Part shown: positions 54,486 to 64,000 of the stretch, piece after piece
How the letters are laid out: every line of letters begins with the position of its first letter
Numbering within the stretch: the first letter of the stretch is position 1
From: Octopus sinensis
Lineage: Eukaryota
Assembly (NCBI RefSeq): GCF_006345805.1
Contig: NC_043010.1
Location: 25,730,001 to 25,794,000 of the forward strand
Direction: 5' to 3'
DNA length: 64,000 nt
The notes under the pieces: model-generated
What the model was told of the DNA's origin: nothing
What the model saw: the letters and a program-made list of their open reading frames with translations, nothing else
Database searches by the model: none
Program-made: the position numbers and the translations under genes

Positions 54486-56047
54486 ATATATTTTAATTTA
54501 GAGATAGTATACCCCTACTTCTCACCAAATAAAAAGAATTTTTATTTTTATTTTAAATACCTATTGTTTTATTCCTTGGCAACACGTGTTTCATGAGGTA
54601 CATCCTCGGCTTCCTAAACCACTCCGTGTTTCCCTGAAACCCCTCTCAAGATACCACCCCAATCATCAGGTCCTTATAACTTTATCAACGTTCAATACAA
54701 TAAACTATATTTTAATTTTAAATCCCATAAGTATGTTTAAATTAGGTATGTTTAGTTTTACTGGACTTTACAGTACAAGCCATAATTCAGTTAAAAATTC
54801 AAATAAAGATAAAAAGTTACATGAATAAAGTAAGGAATAAAAATCACAAAAAATATACGAAAATTTACAAAAACAATGTTAGTTATATATAGTGTTCCAA
54901 ATAAAATAAAATTTACAAATACTGTTTTAATAATATTTAATAAAAAGTGTGAATAAAAGTAAATCCAAGTAAAAATAAAAAAATAAAAATAAAAAAAGAT
55001 AGCAAGGAAAATATAGACGAATAAAAGTTAATAAACATGGAGGCAATTACGAAGAGATAATCTATATATATAAAACTGTAGTTGTGTGAGTGTCTGTCCC
55101 CTTCGATTTAGATTCCTAACTCCTCCCACATTTTGCGGTGCAGTTTAACCAAATTCGGGTATCTTATAGTCGTGATTAATATCGAGCCCGTCTGGCTATT
55201 AGTGCGCATCTACGATGAGTCTACGATTTTAAAAATAATTTAACATCATTTTTTATTCCATTTTAATGCATAATTTTTCATGTGTCGATGGCGGCGGAGT
55301 TGGCGTCTACACTCAAACACCTGCACCTGTGTTTGCTTCTCCCCCTTCTTCCCTCCCTCGTGAAGCTGTGGGGAAGGGAGTTTAAAGAAATCAACGTCGT
55401 AATGCGTCGTCAAGGAGACCAGCGTTCTTTTAGAACAACGACTTCATGGCTTGAAGACACCAAAACAGAAATGGCTAAGAAAGCCCGAATTGGCATCTAT
55501 AAAGGAAGTAACTCTCTAAAAATGCTTATATAGTTATTTCCCTTACAAACCCGAGCAACGCCGGGCGATACTGCTAGTTTCAAATAAAAGAGCTATAGTT
55601 CTAATAGGAACTGCAAAATTTCAAGTGATACAAATGGTAACTTTTTTTTTTTTTAATTTCAAGTGATACGAATGGTAACTTTATAAAAATTTACAAAGTA
55701 AAATAAAATAAATATAACTTGATGGTAAAGTAAGGAAAATATGCAATTCACCGATAGCTCCATTATCCTACAACGTCCTAATGATGGCCCAACATTGCGA
55801 AGTACTGGGGTATGGGATTTATGCGATTTAAAAATTAAAATATAGTTTATTGTATTGAACATTGATAAAGTTATAAGGGCCTGATGATTGGGGTGGCATC
55901 TTGAGAGGGGTTCCCGGGAAACATGGAGTGGAAGGATGTACCTCATGAAACACGTGTTGCCAAGGAATAAAACAATAGGTATTTAAAATAAAAATTTAAA
56001 TTCTTTTTATTTGGTGAAAAGTAGTGGTATACTATCTCTAAATTGAA

Positions 56048-56053
<6 letters not shown>
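54486..56053. mobile_element. Element with about 240-bp inverted terminal arms (54486-54730; 55817-56053), Penelope-pLTR-like
   Basis: The arms are reverse complements; both carry CTGATGA and a downstream GAAA-CACGTG-TT palindrome. AT-rich interior interrupted by a Helitron; no ORF recognised. Confidence 0.6.
55061..55577 (+). mobile_element. Non-autonomous Helitron, 517 bp
   Basis: A|TCTATATATATAAAA start, subterminal hairpin CCCG-AGCAACGC-CGGG, CTAG|T end, no TSD. Confidence 0.9.
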
Positions 56054-56101
<48 letters not shown>

Positions 56102-56164
56102 GTTTGATGATGCAAACAGGAAAAATAGAACTCAAAATAAGAGTTTATGTATATTTTTATTAAT

Positions 56165-56246
56165 ATTTAGCTGAAGCAGCAGAGTAACTCTGGGGCCGAG
56201 AGTTTTGTGTGTTGGCATTTATCAAACATTGTTGCTTCTGCTAAAT
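56165..56246 (-). ncRNA. Hairpin element with a decayed hammerhead-like core
   Basis: Minus strand: 17-nt closing stem (15/17), then TTGATAA-ATGCC-AACA-CAC-AAAA-CTCT-CGGCCCC-AGAG-TT; the core differs from CTGATGA/GAAA only by transitions. Confidence 0.4.
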
Positions 56247-58086
56247 AAATACATATATATATTTATCATCATCATTGTCAGCATTATTTAACATTCATTT
56301 TCCATGCTGGGCAGTTTGACAGGAGCTGATAAAGCTGGGATCTGCACCAGGCTCCATTATCGGTTTTGGTTTTGGCATGGTTTCTACGGCTAGATGCCCT
56401 TCCTAATGCCAACCACTTTACATAGAGTGGACTGGGTGCTTTTTACATGGTACTAACACCAGTGCTTTCTATGCAGCACCAGCACGGACAGGGTCACCAA
56501 GTAATTTGTTAGACAAAAACCAGACCTCAGCTGGGTGGTGGGGCTTTGTGCCAGTTGATGAGAAAGTAGAGGTATAGAGGGACAGGGATCGGTGTCATAA
56601 TCCTTTTATGGAACTCAAAGCAGATAAGGTATAAATAAGAACCCCTTGGATAGATAAAAGTCAAACAGTGTCATGTATACAGAAGGTGTAAGTTCAAGCC
56701 TTATGAGCAGCTTTTGACTTTTTCTATTCAAAGGGGTTTTAACCCAATATTTACATGCTATTATTTATAGCTTTATATGCTGGTGGCACATAAAAAGCAC
56801 CATCCGAACATAGTTACTGCCAGTGCCATCTAACTGGCTCCCATACCGGTGGCGCATAAAAAGCACCCACTACACTCTCGGAGTAGTTGGCATTAGGAAG
56901 GGCATCCAGCTGTAGAAACCTTGCCAGATCAGACTGGAGCTTGGTGCAGCCTACTGGCTTCTGTGAAACTGTCCAATCTATGCCAGCATAGAAAACGGAC
57001 GTTAAACGATGATGATGATGATGATTCTCTCAAAGTTTCCAAATTCCTATGTCAACAACATGTACCTACATGCACGCACACACACACACACACAACACAC
57101 ACACACACACAACAAAATACCTGTTCTTGTCCTTCTATGTTTCTTTAGTATCTCAGTCCCTGGCATAAAGTCACCTCTCCCGTCATAATCCCCACCACCA
57201 CTTAGACATGGGGGCTTTTCCCTTTCCTGTTTTTTCTTGTCTTGCATCTTATTTTACCACGTCACTAGTAGTGCTGGTGGGACGAAAAGAAAAAGCACTA
57301 AGTACACACTGTAAAGTGGGTGCTGTTAGGAAGGGCATCAGCTAAAGAAAACTTGCCAGAGGTGACACTGGAGCTTAACACAGATCTTCAGTTTGACAAA
57401 CCCTGTCAAACTGTCCAACCCATGGACGGGAAACCCAGGGTAATCCCATAAACTGGCTTTACACATTAAATAAATGATAATGATGATACATATCTACACA
57501 TTACATACAATATATATATATATATATATATATATTCCTTTACTTGTTTCAGTCATTTGACTGTGGCCATGCTGGAGCACTGCCTTTAGTCAAGCAAATT
57601 GACCCCAGGACTTATTCTTTGTAAGCCTAGTACTTATTCTATCTGTGTCTTTTGCCGAACCCCTAAGTTACAGGGACGTAAATACACTAGCATGGGTCGT
57701 CAAAGATATACACACATACATATGTATATATATGATGGACTTCTTTCAGTTTCCATCTACCAAATCCACTCGCAAGGCTTTGGTTGGCCCGAGGCAATAG
57801 AGAAGACACTTACCCAAGGTGCCATGCAGTGGGACTGAACCCAGAATCATGTGGCTAGTAAGCAAGCGACTTACCCCACAGCCACTCCTGTGCCTCATGT
57901 GAAGTACCAACTCTTCCATGTTGCACACTTGAATAATTGTGAATATCTCTGGACATGAAACCATTGGTTGCCTTGTTAACCCACAAATATAAGAATATTT
58001 ACCCTCCAATGTGGCATTGTGCACACATTCTTGCTGTTTGATATTAACATGTATGTGTGTGTATGTATGTTTATATATATATATAT

Positions 58087-59530
58087 GTTAGTTAGTTAGT
58101 TAGTTAATTTGGCTCAAAAGCAAATAGCAAGGCCATGTAGGGGGACATGGAGTTAAGTACAGGGTGGTGTTCATGTAAAGAGTTCAGGCCACTTGAGGTC
58201 CAGGGAGGCTTTGAACAAAGCGGTCGTCGGCATCTTCACCATCTCATCTGGCAGCTTGTTCCACGGATCCGCAACCCAGACGGAGAAAGCTCCTCTCCTT
58301 CGATTGAGATGAAATCGTCGCAGGTAGAGCTTTTCGGAATGACCCCGCAGCCGATGCTCCGGAGCAGGAGTGAAGAACAGCTCTTTCGAGAGGTTACACT
58401 TCCCGCTTATGATGTTGTGGGCGAGAATGAGATCACCACGGCGGCGGCGTTTTTCAAGAGAATAAAGGTCGAGCTTCCTCAGCCTTTCTTCGTAGGACAA
58501 ATTTTTGAGACCATGAACCAGGCGGGTAGCCAGCCTCTGGACTCTTTCGAGGTGCTGTATGTCTTTGAGGAGATAAGGAGAAGAGGCTTGAATCCCATAC
58601 TCCAATATGGGTCTCACCAGCGTGACATAGAGTGGCAGGAATATGGCTGCTGTGAGCACTCCGAATGGCCGTCGAATCAAAAACAGAATTCCGCGCGCTT
58701 TGTTGGCAGCATGGACGCACTGGGCCGAAGGCGAAAAGGAGGAATCCACCAAGATACCCAGGTCCTTTACCTGATCGGTCCTCTCCAGCAGCAGACGACC
58801 CGGCTCGAAATCAAGTTGAGTTGTAGGAGTAGAGCCGACAGGCAGATGACAGCACTTTGACACATTCAGACACAGGTCCCAATCGTTAGACCACTTCCAA
58901 ATTTGGTGGAGGCATCGACGAAGATCCTCTATACTACCGCGAGGAGCGACCAGTTTGATATCGTCGGCAAATAGAAGGGTGTGTTGCGTGAGGTTGTCGG
59001 GCAAGTCATTTATGAAGACTAAGAACAACAAGGCCCAAGCACTGAACCTTGAGGCACGCCACTGCTCGCACTGGAGACGTCGGACCGCGAACCATTAACT
59101 TGAACTTGGAAGGAGCGATCTGAGAGGAAGGCACCAACCCATCGTACAATATCCGGATGGAAACTATATGCTTGAAGCTTGACAAGTAGTAGGCGGTGGT
59201 TTACCGAGTCAAAAGCTTTGGCAAAGTCCAATAAAACGATGTCAACAGCATCACTATCATCGAGGATGCGCGTCACCAATTCTTCCATTACTAGTAAGTT
59301 GGTCAAGCATGATCTCTTCGGCACGAAGCCGTGTTGGGAATCAGTGATCGAGGCTGTGCTTAGGAGGTGGAGCATCATACTTTTCTTAAGGATGGTTTCG
59401 AACATCTTGCTGATTATTGATGTAAGGGAAACCGGTCGGTAGTTAAGCGGGTCTTCGCGGCTCCCTTTCTTGAAAATTGGGCAGATTATCGCTGTTCTCC
59501 AGTCTGCAGGTATAACACCCGTCGCCAACC
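58087..59530 (-). mobile_element. 5'-truncated CR1/L2-group LINE; RT with a single frameshift; (TAAC)n tail
   Basis: WRTAIICPIFKKG..DPLNYRPVSLTS, LDFAKAFDSVNH, GVPQGSVLGP, LFADDIKL, KDLGI, ERVQRLATR, RRRGDLI, WNKLP. 1-nt shift at about 59030; tail GTTAGTTAG at 58087-58107. Confidence 0.92.
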
Positions 59531-59970
59531 TCTTTATCATTCTGTTTTCTCTTTTTTTCAAGTCATTTCACTTCCCTTAACACTAAGCCACCACAACAAG
59601 CAAATGACAACCAAACTTTCCTTTTTTCTTTCTGGCTTTTAAAAAATGTTTTTTATTTCTTGTCCTTGCCATACTTTTTTTTTTCCAACTCATTAACTTC
59701 TTCACGGCAGGATTTCCTTTGATCACTTGTGACCTTTTTGTAATTGTGTTTAACTCAACTGTTCAAACCAGCATTTGTTTGCCTCATATATTAAATAACA
59801 AACCAACAACAACAACAACATCATTATAAGATGTTCATGTTTTGTTTTGTTTTTTACTTTTTTTTTTCTTTGATAACACATCTTTGTATATTATTTTATA
59901 CTCTTACATATTTATTAACAAAGATATTAACGGGATATTTTTTATACTTTTATTTTTCTCTTTCTCACAG

Positions 59971-60047
59971 GTTTAGAAACAACTGTTGTCAGCGACTGGG
60001 AACCGCAGGAAACCTGCTTTTATTGTGATTCCAAAATAACTTACCCT
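59971..60047 (+). CDS. LCORL: Internal coding exon B (77 nt, phase 1-0): (R)LETTVVSDWEPQETCFYCDSKITYP
   Basis: Strong acceptor ttttatttttctctttctcacAG|G, donor CCT|GTAAAT. Contains DW-x4-CxxC (DWEPQETCFYC), like LCORL 'DWSMDEKCSFC' and E93 'DWTPQDKCYFC' (recalled). Phase fits exon A. Confidence 0.78.
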
Positions 60048-60579
60048 GTAAATAACATATATTCTTCATTTTCATTTTTTTGTTTTTTTTTCACTTTCGT
60101 TGTTTTTCTTCTTTTTTTTTAGGTAGGTTTTGTTTTGTTTTTGTTTTTTTTTTGTTTTTTTTGCCACTTTTCTTTTCTCTTGGTTATTTGTTGTCTTTTA
60201 CCATTTGTAATGTTCATATTTTTCAAAAATTCTAACAAATTTCTCTCTTTTTTCTTTTCTGAGCATAATTTTACAAAATTTTAAAAAGTGCATGGTTTGT
60301 AAGAATGACGGGATATTTAAGTCTAACTTTCATAAATCAGAAATCATATCTATCTCTCAATCTTCATTTTTTTCTATCTATCTACCTATATACATACACA
60401 CACAAAACACAGGCACACACACATACACACACAGAGGCCGACATGCAAATATCTATATTCAAGCACAAGTTTGTGTGTGTGTGTGAATGTATGTGCATTG
60501 TCAAAATTTAAGATCAAGGTTGGAAAAAAATCATTATGATTATTATTATTATTATTACTATTATTTTCACTATCATTAA

Positions 60580-60618
<39 letters not shown>

Positions 60619-61267
60619 GAAAAAATTTCTTTCTTTTTTTACTTGTGTGGGTGTGAGTATAGGTGGAGGAATGAGTTGATGGGAACAGAAATAAGTTTTT
60701 ATTAAAAAAAAAAAAAACACACCCTGTTCTACTGATTTGACTTTCACTAAATCAGAAGTTACCAACAAGCATTCATTTACATTTGGGTTGTTTTTTTTTA
60801 AATACCCCATTAATTATTATTACATAATCTTTTGTTTATTTATTTATTGTTTAAATGTTAATACATTTTGAGGGTCTAAAGTCTGGCCAGAAGCCCAGCC
60901 AGCCAACCAGCGGTCATTTGTTGTGTTATAACACTTACATCATTGTATTGACTATATATCATACTATATCTGAGATTGTTGCTCCAGCATGGCCTTTGCT
61001 GTGCTGGCTAAAATGAGTGCAAGAAGTAAAGCGCATATCATGGATTTTAAATTCTATAACAGTCAACCTCAGGATTACTAAACTTACATAAATTACATAA
61101 TTTTAGCACAAGCTGTATAATTAAGGTGACGCTCCAGTATGGTCACCTTAACCATGACAGTTAAAACAAACTAAAACACACACACATGCACACACACACA
61201 AATATACATGATGGCTGCAACGGTTCTTATTTATGTAAGTATGTCTATACATATATATATATATATA

Positions 61268-61833
61268 TCCTAGGGTTTTATCATTTTGTGTGTGTGTGTG
61301 TGTGTGTGTTTGTATGTGTATCTATTTGTCTACCTTTCCATCTAACTATCTATATTTATATGTGTATGTTTGTATTCATGTATGTATACATATTCATACA
61401 TATATATATGTGTGTGTTGTGTTTGTACCCCCATGTGGTCACACTACGCGATAGTCATAAACGAGTGCCACCATTATACAAAGCAGTGTCCTTTGTTTCC
61501 AAACATAACCAGCCAAGAGGAAGGACATCCGTCACAAAAAACATCTCCTTCAACACACTTCATCTGATCCAAGTAGGCATGGAAAAGCACAATGGTATTC
61601 TCCCATAATTCAGCATGTTTTCCATGAAAGACTGGAAACAAACAACCTCACTTGTATGACAATGAGGATCGTTTACAACTGTCGCATGATGACTAGACAA
61701 GGGTACACACAAACACACACATATATACATATACATATATACTGCAGGCTTATTTCAGTTTCCCTCTACCAAATCCACTCATAAGGCTTTGGCTGATCCA
61801 GGCAATAGTAGAAAACATTTCCCCAAGGTGCTG

Positions 61834-61866
<33 letters not shown>

Positions 61867-61885
61867 TATATATCCTAGGGTTTTA

Positions 61886-61916
<31 letters not shown>

Positions 61917-62437
61917 TTGTATGTGTATCTATTTGTCTACCTTTCATCTAACTATCTATATTTATATGTGTATGTTTGTATTCATGTATGTATACATATT
62001 CATACATATATATATGTGTGTGTTGTGTTTGTACCCCCATGTGGTCACACTACGCGATAGTCATAAACGAGTGCCACCATTATACAAAGCAGTGTCCTTT
62101 GTTTCCAAACATAACCAGCCAAGAGGAAGGACATCCGTCACAAAAAACATCTCCTTCAACACACTTCATCTGATCCAAGTAGGCATGGAAAAGCACAATG
62201 GTATTCTCCCATAATTCAGCATGTTTTCCATGAAAGACTGGAAACAAACAACCTCACTTGTATGACAATGAGGATCGTTTACAACTGTCGCATGATGACT
62301 AGACAAGGGTACACACAAACACACACATATATACATATACATATATACTGCAGGCTTATTTCAGTTTCCCTCTACCAAATCCACTCATAAGGCTTTGGCT
62401 GATCCAGGGCAATAGTAGAAAACATTTCCCCAAGGTG

Positions 62438-62440
<3 letters not shown>
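61268..62440 (+). repeat. Near-perfect direct tandem duplication, unit about 605 bp, bounded by (TA)n
   Basis: Units 61268-61833 and 61873-62440 differ only in microsatellite length and single-base homopolymer indels. Confidence 0.92.
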
Positions 62441-62489
<49 letters not shown>

Positions 62490-63702
62490 GTGTGTGTGTG
62501 TGTATGTATATTTATATATATATATAAATATATGTAGGTGTGTGTTTGTGTTTGTCCCCCACCGTCGCTTGACAACTGATGTTGGTATGTTTATGTCCCT
62601 GTAACCTAGCAGTTTGGCAAAAGACATCGATAGAATAAGTACTAGGCTTACAGAGAATAAGTCCTGGGGTCAATGTGTTTGACTAAAGATGTTGCTCCAC
62701 ATGGCTGCAGTTAATTGACTGAAACAAATAAAAGAATAAAAGAACATCGTTCCATTTGTTGGATAGATCATCTTCAAGGTCTTACCTTGCCTGTTTACAC
62801 CTGTTCAAAGTTTTACCTGAAGATGGTGGATTTATACCATGGTGTTATCTATGACTACATCAATAAAATTCTACCAAAACAGCTACAGTAAATTTTAAAC
62901 CCCATTTGAGTTCTTTTTATATCTACCCCACACCTGAAACTAACACTGAGTTGGACCTATGGTTTATATTGAATTTGGTACCTACATATATATATACACA
63001 CACCTGCAGTACACTATAAACACATGATACCTCATGGTTGTTTTATCTCATGAACCCCACATCATGGTACCTAGCCAGTTATGGCATCCTATGTGTTGAT
63101 GCACCTGGATTCTAATGAATCCCATGACTAATCAATGTATATATATATATGTTTGTATATGCATTTGTGTACATGTGTGTGTATGTTTGTGTGTGTGTGT
63201 GATACACACTTTCTCATATATATACATTTACACATTAATATATATCTGTACCTACATACCAGTGTGTGTGTGTAACAATGTTGGCAATGACTTTTTTGGA
63301 CATACTTACCCACACCAGTCCTGTATCAGTTAAGATGTTCCCTGTTTCTTCATATCTTCTATTTCAAAGATTCTAACAACCAACAGTGCCTATTGTTACT
63401 GACCCAGTTAAGGGCACTTAATTCTCTAAAGACTTGTTTATTTCAAACACATACATACACACACAGAGTCTTTCTTTCTCATTCACTCTACCTACCTACC
63501 TACCTATCTTTCTGCCTATCTCTTTTTTACTTCCTTCCATCCCCCTCTCTTTCTCTCTCTCTCTCTGTCTTTCCTTCCCTCCTGCTCTCTATCACTTCTC
63601 TCTAGAACTTCTATAAGGATAAATTGCTACCTGAATAGTTTCTGAATGAAAAAACCCCAAGATTGTCACTATATAAATATCTTTTCATGTTGACCTTTTC
63701 AG

Positions 63703-63745
63703 GGCTCTGAAGTTAGTGAAGATGGCATTAGTAAACTACCCTCAG
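63703..63745 (+). CDS. LCORL: Probable next coding exon C (43 nt, phase 0-1): GSEVSEDGISKLPS
   Basis: Acceptor tcttttcatgttgaccttttcAG|G and consensus donor CAG|GTAAGT. The phase-0 frame is open and matches the end phase of exon B. No peptide-level recognition. Confidence 0.6.
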
Positions 63746-63813
63746 GTAAGTGTTGACTTCTTGATATTATTCCGATCTTTTGTGTCAAACAGTCATCAAA
63801 CAAGTTAACTCTA

Positions 63814-63844
<31 letters not shown>

Positions 63845-64000
63845 TCACATTCTTTTGCACACGCACACACACCTGCCAGCACCCACCTCCATCCTTCCTT
63901 ATTGTCACGTTTGCTCTTGACTATTCTTATAACAATACGTATGAAATATCATTTCCATCATCAACAAATTAGTCACAGCTCATTAAGTTTTTCATAAACG

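Noticed and set aside
58147-58860. 237-aa + strand ORF
   Set aside because: Antisense shadow of the GC-rich LINE RT; no recognisable motif. The same applies to 436-918, 35481-35723 and 59179-59442.

Overview
AT-rich, microsatellite- and SINE-dense eukaryotic DNA. The repeat families and (TATC)n/(TA)n/(CA)n/(TAT)n load point to an octopod cephalopod (inference; species not determinable). Almost all ORFs in the supplied track are microsatellite artefacts or transposon remnants. The real gene is nearly invisible to that track: three small + strand exons (38820-38888, 59971-60047, 63703-63745) with good splice sites and compatible phases (1-1, 1-0, 0-1). Spliced, they read (G)LEAVALEIGGHDLVSELLEPFNRLETTVVSDWEPQETCFYCDSKITYPGSEVSEDGISKLPS, which resembles the conserved N-terminus of the LCORL/LCOR - E93(Eip93F)/Mblk-1 pipsqueak transcription-factor family. 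Exon 1 and the HTH exons were not found and presumably lie outside the window, so most of it is probably intron. The introns hold a near-intact IR/DR Tc1, a deleted piggyBac, a CR1/L2-group LINE with one frameshift, an RTE LINE with a PHD-like finger inside the RT, two Dong/R4-like fragments in (TAA)n, Helitron/Helentron, hAT and mariner MITEs and many SINEs. The most unusual signal is a set of Penelope-like, (TA)n-embedded inverted-repeat elements and small hairpin elements with degenerate minimal hammerhead-ribozyme motifs (42.0-42.9 kb; 54.2-56.2 kb). All homology calls come from motif recognition, not database searches, and SINE boundaries are approximate.
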